Source of the DNA: Tubiluchus corallicola
Taxonomy: Eukaryota; Animalia; Priapulida
Length of the DNA: 64,000 nucleotides
Direction: 5' to 3'
Assembly (NCBI GenBank): GCA_030141605.1
Contig: JAQGDQ010000431.1
Coordinates: 62,001-126,000 of the forward strand
The notes beneath the pieces are model-generated. The model saw nothing but the letters and a program-made list of their open reading frames with translations, was not told the DNA's origin and searched no databases. Below, piece by piece: positions 24,346 to 38,090 of this stretch. Made by a program: the position numbers and the translations under genes. Numbering within the stretch: position 1 is the stretch's first letter; the number at the start of each line of letters is the position of its first letter.

Positions 24346-25409
24346 TTCATCCACGTAACATGACAAATATATTTATATTTATTTATATTTAATTTTTTCA
24401 CTACAGAACAATGTACAAAAAATAAAAGAACCAAAAAACGAAATAAATAACATCAAATCAGAAAAATTTACGTAGGTTGTACATATTGTTCTACAGAAAT
24501 GCTGAAGTAGCTGAGAGCTTGTAAAAGCTTTCTGAAAATGTGAAAAAGAGACGAAAAAACGTTAGTAGTAGTAATAAACGTTGGGGAAAAATAGTGTGAA
24601 AAATGGAGATCGATGGGGGTGGGGTGTATTGCGAAAAAAAACTATATTTTTAAATGATAAGTACAACGTATAAAGACATAGACAAAGATAGATATAAACT
24701 ACAATTACTGTTTGCAAATTTGACAATTGACAAAGATATTCGTTATGTACATATAATATATATTAACAAAATAAACAAACCATAAGACACAGAAAGAGAT
24801 AGACATAAATTACAATTAATGTTTGTAAATTTGACAGTTGACAAAGATGTTCGTTATGTACATATAATTTTATTAACTAATATAACTTTTATATTTATTA
24901 ACTTTTATAAATGATATTAACAAAATAAGCTAAAGGTAGCAAAATTTTGATGCCTAGAATGTATGTCAACTTCCTGACTAGAGATTTTTGTAAAGCAACA
25001 ACCCAAGTAAAAACAAGTGTTGATTGAATGGTGAATTGCAATGAGAGATTTTGGAAAGTTTTCACGAATACCTAAAGCAAGCACAAAAATAAAGTGAATG
25101 TAATGGGCAAAATGTCTATTACTTGTCGTACAAGAACGCAGAAGAAGAACCAAGAAACATAGAAGTACTAAGGTTATTGTCACTGGCATGACTCCTACTG
25201 ATTTTTGCAGTGACTCGACTGATTGATTTGTTTCTCTTTACATTTTCATTTGAATGTAATCTTCATTTTCCTCTTCATCTCATTCACTCTTCGTTGTCAT
25301 TTCCTAACCCTTACTATCCCCCTTACTACCCCAATTTCTTGCTTTTTTTACCGTGCATCTTTTACATCTTCTCTTTCCATTTTGCCTTTTGTTCAGTCCT
25401 GTACAATAT

Positions 25410-25760
<351 letters not shown>

Positions 25761-26230
25761 TAAAAGTCTGTCTTCCTTGCTTGAGCCGATATACGAATGT
25801 TGTGTAACAGCTTCTTTGTAAAACATGTAACAATGTTGCATTGGAAATAAATATGGCATTTTGGAAATAAACCAAACTAAAGTAAAACAAAGAACGTTTC
25901 TTGTCAAATTACCTTCCAACTTTGTTTTGTTTAACGTCACACTAATTGGCTTATACTGTGTGCAAACTAATGAGCTTTGTTTTGGTATCAAGTTGTAGAA
26001 TCTTGTTTCCGCACTTGCTTAACGCCAGCTGAAAATCTAGTTGCTTGTTTACAAACCCCCAAGCATAGTAATGTGATAGTGCTGTCCATGTGGCGGTCAC
26101 TATTGACCTCGTCTTAATTATACGGTCGTTGTCCAATAGGTTGCTGTTCCAGGGTTCCTGGACGCCCACAGCTAAATTATAATTGCAGTTGTATATCTCT
26201 ATGTCACGATAGGTAATATTTCATCTTTTA

Positions 26231-26810
26231 TTAAAGCAAAACTGGGCCCAATCTTAAAACAATCTACTCTTTAAAATACTGAAAAGAAAAATACTATTTT
26301 TTCAAAAATGACTTACGAGAAATAATTATTACCACACAAACACAATTTCACGTTCGCGCCACTAGTTCTTCACTGTTACATGTATTTCGCCATTCGCTAG
26401 TTAGACGGGCTCTAGCGCCTGCATCTCTGAAACACATTACACAAAAACAGGTGCTGTACCTCTCAGTTCAAATGTGTTAGTTTGCGACGAACTGTACACT
26501 TTTGACATGTCATGCATGAGCACAGTGGTAAATTTGAGATTTGGATTTTTATCTTAAAGCTAGCCTAGTTTTAGTGCAACACACTGAATATCTTGCAGTA
26601 GCACTGTACTTCAAATGTCGCTTTCACAAACACGTGCAACACGTTGGTATATTATTGATGTTGAAAATTACATTAATTTGTGATGTCATCAGTAGTTGGG
26701 CTCACCCGCCGTTAGTTAAGTTTTAAATCTATAACTTAACTATCAGAAACGCTTTTGCAGTTGTGTTAATTGTGTTAAAATGTATGATAAGTCATCCCGT
26801 CTTCCTTTAA
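26231..26810. mobile_element. Kolobok-like MITE family B, near-full copy in reverse orientation
   Basis: TTAA-AGCAAAACTGGG ... CCCGTCTTCCT-TTAA; reverse complement of 39314-39930. Confidence 0.75.
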
Positions 26811-26837
26811 GTAGTAATGTTTGTTATTCTTTATTCT

Positions 26838-27187
26838 GTACTTCCAAAGCTTCATTTCAAAGTACTTCCAAAGTTTCATTCCAAAGTACTTCCAGAGTTT
26901 CATTTCAAAGTACTTCCAAAGTTTCATTCCAAAGTACTTCCAGAGTTTCATTTCAAAGTACTTCCAAAGTTTCATTCCAAAGTACTTCCAAAGCTTCATT
27001 TCCAAGTACTTCCAAAGTTTCATTCCAAAGTACTTCCAGAGTTTCATTTCAAAGTACTTCCAAAGTTTCATTTCAAAGTACTTCCAAAGTTTCATTTCCA
27101 AGTACTTCCAGAGTTTCATTTCAAAGTACTTCCAAAGTTTCATTTCAAAGTACTTCCAAAGTTTCATTTCAAATTACTTCCAAAGTT
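26838..27187. repeat. 21-bp minisatellite, about 16 copies
   Basis: Unit AAAGTACTTCCAAAGTTTCATTYC-like; produces 7-aa periodic ORFs on both strands. Confidence 0.95.
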
Positions 27188-28599
27188 TTTGTGTAATTTT
27201 AAAGCGTTGTTTGTGATGTATACACGTCAAATAAAATGCTGTCTTCTGGCAGCTAGTCTTCATAACTTGAATTTGTCTGATAACTCTTAATAGATTTAGT
27301 TCACCTGGAGTTCATTTACAGATACATCTCTTCCCTTGATCCTTGTCAGTTTAATCCCAGTGGTTTTCCTTCTGATCTTACAGGCTTGCTATACAGGGAT
27401 TCGGTTTCCTCTTCAAATCCGAAGAGAAGGTAACTTACTAGGTAAAGTTTGAAATTGGTATCTGCTGCTTCTGCTTATGCACATAGCCCTGGTGGCCTGG
27501 TCCAGACAATCGCTGTTGGAGCAGTAGGAAAGGATAGAATCTTATTTGCATCGTAAATTTACTCTGTGTGAACATTGGTGCTTCATAACCTCAGTAACGC
27601 TTCTCAGAAGTACGTTTCTACCAGCTTAAGTTGGCTTAACAGATTCTCTTTTGAAATATCTCTTCGTGTTAAAACTAAGCTGGCTGCCTGTCACTGTGTA
27701 GTAAGAACTTTACTCCCCTGTTCTCAGGGACGTCTTAGGGTCATGTTAGTTAAATTCAATCTTTTCCATTACGTGTTGTGGAGGTCCACATTTTGATGAT
27801 ACTTGACTAACTCGAGTATGGGATTCAATTCATATGTTGTTTATTGTGTACTATGATTGTTTTCACAAAATGTGATCATGACATATAGTTCGGTGTGTAC
27901 TTGTATGCAAACCAGATTTCTGGAGTAATATTATCAGCAGCAGCAGCAGCAAACTCTAGTACACATGTTTCTCTGTTCCACAGCTTCTCATACATAACAA
28001 GCATTTTTTCCTTAGTCTTTTGAACTTTCAATAGACAAGCTTATATTCTTGCGGTTATGGAGTCAGAGTCAAGTCAGACTTACCAGACGGTTATCATCAC
28101 CACTTGTGAATCATTCTCGCCACTGATGTTCTAATTTCCGTTCTAATGTTCTTAATGACCGTTAATTAAGTTTTTTATCTATTATTTAGTTATAAGAAAA
28201 CCTTTTGCAGTATTAACTGTGTTAAAATTTATATTTTTACGGTACTTGAAAATGGGGGGGGGAGCATATGAAAAATTATGTTGTCTTCCTTTAACAGTAT
28301 TTGGTGTAATTCAGAAATTCTAAATTTGTTGAATATCGTTACCAGCATGTTTTTTTGCCAACAAAAATTTCTCTTGAAACCTTTCTGTTTTTAAACAAGC
28401 CTTTCCAAGTTGAGTGACTATGTTGGAAGTCGTTGAAATGTGTTGTTTTTCAGCAAGTGTGTGACGTATTGGGTACATGTTGTGGAATATTTTATGTACC
28501 GTCAAGTTGTGAATCTTTGGTGGTCGGATAATCTTATCATATGCATATTAAACCGTAAAACACTTTGAAAAGCTGTTACTCTGTCAGCCATATGGTAAT

Positions 28600-29530
28600 T
28601 TGACCCTCGCTTTCGGATACGGATTTCTCAAAAATCTGGCTTCCATATTGTGTGTGAAAAATATGTATATGTTTTGATCCTTCGCAAGATTCTTTAATCA
28701 GTACCATAAGCAGCTGGGCTAACGCCAAGATGCTGATGCTGCCTGTCTGTTAATTAATCGCAACAGTTCAGTTGCAAGCAAATTAGATGCGCTTCGTGTT
28801 TCTGTCATCATACTAATTGATGCACGCGCCTTGCAGAGTGTAATGTTGGCTTCAATTGGCAACACCTTTTTTGGAGGTTGATTCAGAATCCGGAGTTCGG
28901 AAAGGGTTAACTTTGAGCTCCTTTCAACGGGCAAGAAGGGGGCGAACTTCTTTAGTGTTGCCTTTTCAGGGATTGCTGTTTAGGATACTACCCTGGGTTC
29001 GTGTGACCTAGAAACAGATAGATGTGTATACCGTGCGCCCCAGGCGTTCTGGTTTCGGTTCGTGGATCCGCCACCTTCCAATTATCTATGACCCTCTAGA
29101 TCCCGAACATGTAGTGTTAAAATAATGTTAGCTGTAGACGGTATGACAGAGAAGTGTGTTGCCATTATACATGGGGAGAGGAGACGGCAACGGTTCCGTG
29201 TGTTTATAAAGACGTTCATTGGACGGGTCTTTATAGACGAGTTAGTGCTGCTTCATAGTTGACTACAACCGCCTCCTGCCCCCTGGTGTTGTGTCTTGTG
29301 CAGTGCCCACAGAAGCAAAACAAAGTATGGAATGGGCCAGGTTCGATTTCTGTCCGGCTTACCAAACAGCTGCTGCCAATATCGCGAATCAACATTCGAT
29401 GTGTTGAAAAGAATGCAGGCGCGTGGAATTCTGGGATGCATGCCTGCATTTGGCTGAGTTGACACGTGTGATGTTGCAGTTGACAGGTCGTATAATTATG
29501 ATTTATGGCGTTCACTTGCTTGCTGTATAA
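28600..29530 (+). pseudogene. GC-rich coding-like island, possibly a decayed C-type-lectin-like gene
   Basis: Stop- and frameshift-broken fragments GFLKNLASILCVK, DADAACLLINRNSSVAS, GMTEKCVAIIHG and RCVEKNAGAWN loosely echo CTLD motifs (A..AC, ECV, G.WN). Weak evidence. Confidence 0.25.
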
Positions 29531-30273
29531 ATATTAATTCATTAATGTCATTTTTTATGGATTTTTTCTGGGCCGGATTTTGATTTTGTAGACTCAAATA
29601 TTGAGAGGCCCCGGCCCCCAGTGACGATTAACAAAAGCGTGAATGTTGGATTCTTCAAATCAGTTTATTCAACTTCTATATTTCTATAATGCCAACATTA
29701 GGTCCACATAGATGGGTGCAAGTCTAACTCAAGAAAAAGAGAAGAGATATTTACAAAATTAAATTTATACATCTCATCTGACACAGGTATCTTATCTCTG
29801 TCAGATGAGATGTGACCTCAATTCCTATAAAATTGTGTCATTGTAATCAGGATTGCCAGTGTGACAGTACCAATGAGTTGGAATAATGGACTAGAAACAA
29901 TTCCAGTGTATTATTGTGCAGTATATTAATAAATTGAATCCTTTAAAGAGATAATTCAGCATGCTGCTACTCTCATTCTGTCGTAACTTTTCATGGTAAA
30001 TTAATTTCACTTAATCTTTGGAGGCCCCTGAGCTGGTAGAGGTCCCTGGACTGCATCCTATAAAGCCCATGCCTTAATTTGGCACTGATTTTTGTCACTC
30101 GTTGTTCAAACTCGGCTTCTTGAACTTCACAATAGTACAAAAGTATGTAAAAATGTACAGCTGATAGAACTGGTGTTTGATGGAAAATTAGTCGAAAATT
30201 AATAAATAACATTTAAAGAAAGGCTGTCGGATATTGGAAAACTGTGAACCAAGTCGAAATCGAAACTCATAAT

Positions 30274-30832
30274 TTAAAGGAAAACAGCACGATTTTTCAT
30301 ATCTTACCCATTTTAAAAGTATGGTAAAAAGTATACATTTCAACACGTATAATAATTGCAAAGTGTTTGTGATAATTAAATAATAGGTTAAACACTTAAG
30401 GGCGGGCGAGCCCAATTAGTGATGACGTCACAACCCAACATAATTTTCAACAACACAAACATTCCACAAGCGGGTTGCACTTGTTTACGAAAGCGAAAAT
30501 TGAAGTACAGTGCTACTGTACAAACTCGGGAAATTTTGCGTTTAAAATTGAAATTTCAAGAGTTCACACATGAACTCTCGAACCTGTTAAAATGAACATC
30601 TCTGAACTGACAGGTACAGTACCTGTTTTTTGTGCAACGCGTTTCTGTGATGGAGACGCTAGTGCCCGTCTAACAAGCGAATGACAAAATGCACGTAACA
30701 GCGTCGAACTATCCGCGCGAGCGCGAAATTACGTTTCTGTGGTAAAAATTATTCCACGTAAGTCATTCTTGAAAAAATAATGTTTCCTTTCGATGCTCTA
30801 CAGGGTAGATTATTTTGAGCTATAACTCAAGA
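30274..30832. mobile_element. Kolobok-like MITE family B copy
   Basis: Starts TTAAAGGAAAACAGCACGATTTTTCAT and is colinear with 39314-39930. Confidence 0.7.
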
Positions 30833-31934
30833 GCAACAGTTCGGCTGAGAGTCCCCGCCATTGTTTTTTTAGTGTTCAAACTATGACTTACACAGAACAC
30901 TATTATTGGATCAGCTCTGTTATTATCGACACATAACTCAGGAATTACACCTCAACCCTAGACCTGCTATTATTTACAACGACATTTTTCATAAACTCAG
31001 ATCAGGTCATCCATCCAGTGGCATTCTCTTCAAATTGTTGCAGAACTACATAAAGTCTACTAAACGTTTTGCTAATTGATTGAACGTGTAATTATTGAAT
31101 TGTAACCACAATTAGTTTGAAATTTGGACTTTTGAATTAAACACCAGATGTTGAGCAGTCATACATTTGTATAACTAATAGGATGATGTATATTGATAAT
31201 TGTTTCTAGTATCGCGTCTGTACTCTATGAACTTTGTATATTTCAATTTTAAGTGCTAACTAATGAATTACTTGTGTTTTTGAACTAAATATCTATGTAA
31301 CTATATTCTTGATAACCAGTTCTCTATATCCGTTCTCAACAAAAATATATTTTTTGCACAGTGGAAAAACTCTCAGTAATATTACTGTATGGCAATCCAC
31401 TTAAAAAAATAAAGTTTATATATATATATATATATATATTTATAATCGTATATATATATATATCTATATATAGACAATTTAAGACGTTTATACATCTTTA
31501 TGCAATCATACAATTTTATACATATATATACTAAATATCCGCAATAGGTAAAGAGTCTTTGAACTAGTGTAGTTCAGTACATGCGTGTCAAACTCGCCAA
31601 CAGTTTATTGAAACTAGAACACTTTGTACTATGTAATCTACTACTTACAGTCTAGAACTACATGCTGTGAATTAAATTGAATGTTTTTACAAATGTTTTG
31701 CAGTTCGGCAGATTAAGTAACAAGATCCAATGACTATCTGTTTTAAATGGCAACAAGCTTTTTTTTGCTGAGAACGTTTGGTAACTCAATTTGCCCCTGA
31801 AACGCCTTTTAGACTGGGTTTCAAAGTTGTAAGTTTAGTCAGAAAGTCTGGCCGAGACTGATCTTTATCTATAGAATTCAAGCCGATTTGTAAACGTGAT
31901 GTGAGATAAGAACGGACCCCTTTTGGTAAACAAA

Positions 31935-32017
31935 TTGATGATGGTGGTGGTGATGATGATGATGAGGAGGAGGAAGATGACGCTGACGATGACGAGAACG
32001 ACAACAACGAGGATGAT
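31935..32017. repeat. Compound trinucleotide microsatellite (GAT/GGT/GAG/GAC)
   Basis: Visible directly in the sequence. Confidence 0.85.
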
Positions 32018-32249
32018 AAGTTTTTGTTAGCCTGTTTTTCCCAGCAAACATTTCTGTACAAACATTATACAATTTTGCATATATAGAGTGAATTCTACAA
32101 TATTACATGTTACGCATTCTGTAATTAGCTTTTTTAATTTGTGCGTGTAACATTATTTACAGTGAAGGTAAACAAGGAGTATTAAAGTGAGTGCTAAAAT
32201 CAAGGTTATTAAAGAAGCAAGTTTCCTGTTGAGTAAAATAAAAATGCAG

Positions 32250-32620
32250 TTAAATTATAAAATCCCCTATTTATTTATTTAAGACCACAAAGAGTTTCAA
32301 TCAGTAATCTCGAAAACTTCATAAATTTAAGCCCTATCTTGCTCAATTTTAGCAGCAAGATCCTGAAATAAAAGGGTCCTTTACAAAGTAAGTTTGTGAT
32401 GATACTAAATTTACATTTTTGGTGCCATACACAACACTCAAGATGTCATTTCCCAGTTCATTTAGTAATACATTTCGCTTGTTTACGTCAACTCGAAGAC
32501 ATCTGTACATCAAATGTTCTGGATTCTGGGCTTCCATACGACATTCACAAAGCTCATCTCTAGCAAATCCAATACGAGTCATCGTATGGCAAACAAACTT
32601 AAAAACAATATAACTAAATT
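32250..32620 (-). mobile_element. Non-LTR retrotransposon 3' fragment with a C-terminal CCHC knuckle
   Basis: MTRIGFARDELCECRMEAQNPEHLMYRC contains CxC...H-x4-C, typical of the ORF2 end in I/R1/Tad/Nimb-type LINEs. Confidence 0.6.
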
Positions 32621-32660
32621 TTGATACCTAATTTGAAAGACAGGAATTATGAAAAAGTGA

Positions 32661-32732
32661 GAATACGGTCTGGATTTGAACCATGGTCCTTTTGTTTAGC
32701 AAACCAAATGCCTTAGACCACTAGACCGTCAC
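32661..32732 (-). mobile_element. tRNA-derived SINE head or tRNA pseudogene
   Basis: Minus strand GGTCTAGTGGTCTAAGGC (A box) ... GGTTCAAATCC (B box); no clean cloverleaf acceptor stem. Confidence 0.55.
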
Positions 32733-33824
32733 ATTACAAGGTCACCAAAGCGTTTCATACCTTATGGCTAGATCAAGTGATTCTAAATTTTTTGTTTCGA
32801 TTGATTATGAACCTAAAATTTCCGTGAGAAGTTTGTCGTATGATATTTGAAAGTGAATGTATATGAGAACACGCACTTTCCGTATTTTGACTGAGAAAAT
32901 GTTAACACTGTCACGTTTACAGTGTCGCTGGCGATTCGGATAATGCTTGTATGCACTCGGGAATGTAAACACAAAGACCACGATGTGTGGTACTCGCTCT
33001 GCAAGCACAGGCGGTCTAGTTTCCTTATTCGGTTTTTCGTTAGATGCAGCAGCTTTTGTTGACCATTGTGTTCGCTGAACTTTGTCTGAGAGATGGCGTT
33101 TCTATGACAACCAGTTTTTCAAAAATGTTATTTTTTAGTAACGTGTGCGCCGTCTGTTGAGCAGCTCGCAAAACAGTGTTCCAGTAATGGAACCTTGTAA
33201 AATATAAAAAAATCTATCATTGCGATTTATTTACAAATGAACACGTGTTCTTTTCCAATCACTTTGTGTACTTATACAGGCCTTGCCATGAATTAACGAA
33301 TTAATTTCTAAACATTGTTTGTGTCTTTAAAACCAATAATTACTTGCAACCATGGGTTGGAAAATATCTCTCTCTTAGTGTCTAGAACTTTGTAAAGATG
33401 ATCTAAGCACTAGATAAACAAACATGCTGTAATAATTTTGAATGTCTGTCTGCTAAACCGACATCTTGCGTTCTGTAACTCACGAGCCTAGTTTGATTAA
33501 TGATGCTTTGGCTTCCCTGGTATTTACGACTGTAATAAGGTACACTCATCTGAGAAGATGAAAAAGTAAAACCGACAGGAAGATTTTAGCAGAATAAATT
33601 CACTTCCGTGTTGTATGTATATTGATGCAGATTCTGTGGAAGTGTTTGATGTGTTGTAAGAATTTCAACAAGCTGTTTCAACAGAATCTTTATTTAGTTG
33701 GTTAGTTAGATTGTATTGAACTTTTCACTGAGATTGTGAAGTCTCAAGTGTTCCACCAGTTGTCTTCTTCGTATATCCGCTAAATACGCTTGGTTTTTGT
33801 CTTGTCGGTCTAGTACGTACGGTA

Positions 33825-34272
33825 AGAAAATATGCTGTTTTTTTCAAAAATGACTTACGTGAAAGAATTATTACCACACAAACACAATTTCATGTTCGCG
33901 CCACTAGTTACATGCATTTCACCATTCGCTAGTTAGACGGGCACTAGCGCCTACATTTCGGAAACGGATTGCACAAAAACAGGTGCTGTACCTCTCATTT
34001 CAGATGTGTTAGTTTGTGATGACCAGCACACGTTCGACAGCTCATGCGTTAGCACAGCGGTAAATTTGAAATTTGAATTTTCATTTTAAAACTTGCCTAG
34101 TTTTAGTACAACACACTGAATATCTTACAGTAGCACTTTACTACAATTTACGCTTTCGGAAACATGTGCAACACCCTCGTGGAATATTTTTGCTGTTGAA
34201 AATTATGTTAGTTTGTGATGTCATCAATAGTTGGGCGCGCCCGCCGTTAATTAATTTTTTAATCTATTATTT
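33825..34272. mobile_element. Kolobok-like MITE family B, partial copy in reverse orientation
   Basis: Colinear with 26290-26730. Confidence 0.7.
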
Positions 34273-34571
34273 TCTTTACTCAAATTCAGATATCTTCAGT
34301 GGCTCCTCGATAGCGGTACTAGCCTAAGGTTTCAGCTACCCGTTTTCCTATTAGTTACGCCTGGCGAAACGCCACAATGCACAGCTAGAGTTGGATCAAC
34401 TTCCAGTTTAAAGTTTCAAACCATTGACACAAAATTGTCGGTTGATTACTGTTTTGCCGGGAGGAGCAAATATTGCCGATTTCAAGTGCCTTTAACCGTT
34501 TGGGAATAAGTGGAAACGCTGCCGGGAAAACTCCAGTTAAAGAACTATGCCACATGTGCATTTTTTGTCGA

Positions 34572-35015
34572 AAAACTATAGTTGGATGCGCTAGAGTTGA
34601 AGGCATGGCATCCATTCGTTACTAAATTGGGAACTTTGTTCATTGTAATTAAAATTTACGGATATCGTACAGCTTAGGCCATTTGCTTGACCAGTAAACA
34701 TTGCATTGTATGTTTGTGGATAAAATTATAGTTGGTTGCGCTAGAGTTGATCTCGTACCAGCGATGCGTTATTAAATTGGGAACTTTGTTCATTGTAACT
34801 AAATTTAGGAATATCATACAAGCTTAGACCATTTGCTTGACCAGTAAACGTTGCGTGGTGCGTTTGTCTGTCGATAAAGCTATAGTTGGCTGCGCTAGAG
34901 TTGAAGACATACCAGCTGTTCGTTACTAAATTGGTTAACTTTGTTCATTGTAATTAAATTTATGAATATCATACAAGCTTAGACCATTTGCTTGACCAAT
35001 AAACATTGCGTTGTA
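34572..35015. repeat. About 152-bp tandem repeat, 3 copies
   Basis: TATAGTTGG.TGCGCTAGAGTTGA...AACTTTGTTCATTGTAA...CCATTTGCTTGACCA recurs at about 34577, 34727 and 34881. Confidence 0.85.
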
Positions 35016-35488
35016 CGCCAAATAATTTGTTGAACATTCGGAGTAAACATTTGGAATTCTGGCCGTGCTTTTTTTCATTTTCCGACTTTTCGTCTGAACA
35101 GCCACAGTAATGCATCTGTTCAGTAAAAGTTTAAAAGTGAATTTTGGCTATTATGTTAGGAGCTAATCGTTTCCGGTTTGTGGTTTAATTGCGGTTTTCT
35201 CTCGTGCAAAAACTCGAGCGATGATCGTTATCTGCTGATGCGTGTTCACACCAGACAACCTCATTCGCTTATTCATTCAAATTAATTGTTCGTTGGCATG
35301 CTTAAGTAGCTGTGATGGTTCATCCACTGTCGCTTTTGCTTGCACTACTGACATAGTGACCCAGTCACGTGGTTAGTACAGTGTTACACAGTAGTTGTTT
35401 CATGCCAAACCTTCTAGGGAATATCCGCACTCTTTCCACGGGCTAGCGAGTTAGAAACGACATGTTTGGAAGTATTTTCCGCGTGAGT

Positions 35489-36150
35489 TTAAAGGACAAG
35501 AAAGGGAGTACCTGAAGTAGGTTTCAGAAACGCTATAAAAATATATGTCGTACTCGGGTTAAAAAGAATTTTTGTTTATTTTCATTTTAAATCTCGCGCA
35601 ATACTGTTCCGACGGCACCATCACGTGACGTCATATACGCACAAAGTAAATCAGCGGAAGAAAAGTAAATGTTAAACTGTGTCCCAAAAAGCTTTCCATG
35701 CAAAGAAATACTACTTTGCGTTTCGATTACCTGCTTGAAAGACTTGGGTAACTAGGAAAGAAAATTATTAATTATTTAAAATGTTTTCGCCAATTGGTAA
35801 AATGTCGCTGATTCACTCTCTAGGGTGCACCACTCATTAACCAAAAACGTATTCTTTATCTTAGTGACAAGATACAATAATTTTAAATTTCACTTAAATA
35901 GTGACGTGTGTGTTACGAACGCTTTGATTATTTTTTCAAACTTTACACAATGCTATTTTAACTTGTTTCAAATGACTTATCGTCAAAATGGCTGCGTCTA
36001 ACGGTCATCATGGGAGTTTAAATTTACACGTTTTATACAGAGTTACTGCCGACGTAAGCTCTGTATGCAGAAAGGCAGTATGTAAGTGGTATAAAATTTC
36101 AAGACGATTTTTTAAGCTTTATGTAAGTGGAGGGTTTTCTTGTGCTTTAA
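35489..36150. mobile_element. Kolobok-like MITE family C, uninterrupted copy
   Basis: TTAA-AGGACAAGAAA ... TTTCTTGTGCT-TTAA. A second copy lies at 44992-46185. Confidence 0.75.
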
Positions 36151-38090
36151 CGCCGTCCTGCTCTGGAATTCACTGCCAGTCGAAATCAAACGTATTGAAT
36201 CATTAACTGCATTCAAAAGCGAAGCAAAAGCTTTAGTGATGTCATGATTTGAATACGCAACTTACCAATATGACAACTTGCACACTAATGCCGAATTCAT
36301 TTACCCCTGGTCATATTAAACGAGTTAATTTTATTGATAGTCAGTTTGTAAATATGTAAAATATGTAAAAATTTAATTTAAAGTTATAGTTTATTTCTGT
36401 ACCTGTAGTTTAGTTTCTGCACTGATGCATTTGCCTCCAACATTGACTGTTTTTTACTATCAATGATTGAGCATCTTAATATTTTGTTATGATTCTCCAT
36501 ATATTATGACAAATAAAGATGTAACTTATTTACATACTTACCACTTACTTTGTGATATAGTTTGTCTACTCTGATAGATGTAATTATATTTGTAAGGCTT
36601 TCTTAATCTTACTCAATATAAATAATAGTAGTTTTGGTTACAAGTGACCTAGTTTAGCTTGGCAGGTTAAAGACTAATTTGAAATAACAACAACGCTCAT
36701 TGTGGGTATCGTAGACCGTCATCATGGTCTAGTTGTCATCGTTTTGATTGAAAACTTTAAAAAGTGAAATTGAATGGGCGTTGGCGATGTTCAGACTGGG
36801 CGGGTCGTCAGGTCTGTGGGACGCGCTGTCACAGATTTCTACGTGCTACGCATTCTTTATCGGCTAACAAAAACAGCTGCTATCATTGGTGCAGAATCTT
36901 TCACCGTTTTTCGAGGATTAACCCTTTACGGGGGAATTTTAACAATTATCAGGATTGTACGTAATTGCGTTCAGACTGCCAAACGGTTAATCCTCGCTAA
37001 CCTGATTTTTTCAGTATGTTTGTGTGTCTGCGTGAATTAACTTTTCAACTGAAATGTTTTAGCATTTATAAGCATCCCATGAATAAGAAAATGACAGCAT
37101 GAGCGAAAGAACATATACACAAACAAGCGGCTGAACTCGCAAGTTAATCATTTATAACTTTTTGTGTGGTAAAGCATTTCTAGCAATCAAAATTTATTAT
37201 TTTCCAATTTCTGTGAATTCAAGACAATTTTGCAATAAAATTATAAGCCATTGTAAGTTTTGGTAGAACACTTGGCGTGTGCGGGTCAAAAGTTGCCGAA
37301 TTTATATCATTTCCGAAAACCTAAACTTCAATTTAGATCGAATTTGTTTAGAAATTATTTTATGTACATGCAGTTCTGCACATTACGAACTGATTATTTT
37401 ATAAGTAAATTATTATGTCACTGTTGTTGAGTGCTTGAGGCAGGGCCGGAACCCCGTGACGTAGGATTGTAATGCGTTTGAGGTGTCTTAACCATGTTTA
37501 GATGATATATTGTCCCTCACTGAAAGAAATAACTAGAGGCAGTGTAGTCCAAAGGCACGTTTTTCAGTGGTTGTAAATCCATTTATGAACTAGGTCTAGC
37601 ATTACTCAACTTTGGTCGGAAATCACTTGCGATGACTACTTAACTCTTTAGCTCGCGCATCATTGTCTTCTTCGTGACTTTTCTCTAGTGGAATGACTGG
37701 CTTGGTCAGTCACTCAGTCAGTTTAGCAATTAATTTAGTGTTTGGTCTGTCACACCTCGATTAATCAACCAGCTGACCAACGCACAGAGATTTGGTGATT
37801 TGATCATATAACTAATTAATATTAATCATTTAGCTATTAATAGTCAAAAATAAGCCAGTTGATCGATAACAGTTATTCATTCAGTTTAGTAGATAGACAG
37901 CTAATCACCCAGTCACGCAGTCTTTCAGCCAATCAGCCATTCAGGCTTGTTGTAAGTCAATCAGTTAATCTCCATAATCAGTCGTCGTTACAGATAGGAA
38001 ATTGATGTTGCAGAGACGTTCTCTTGTTCCTTTTTTAGAACAATCAACAGACATTCCACAAATATTTGCAGTCTAGATTAAAATGAGAGT

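Noticed and set aside
26775-27290. Periodic ORFs such as (MKLWKYF)n on both strands
   Set aside because: A stop-free 21-bp minisatellite is open in several frames; there is no coding context.
32661-32732. Functional tRNA gene
   Set aside because: A and B boxes are present, but the acceptor stem and cloverleaf are not intact; better explained as a SINE head.
33480-33615. Third Penelope-like end (CTGAGAAGATG...AAACCGACAGG...AATAAA)
   Set aside because: Too degenerate: no stem II and no convincing RT or GIY-YIG translation.
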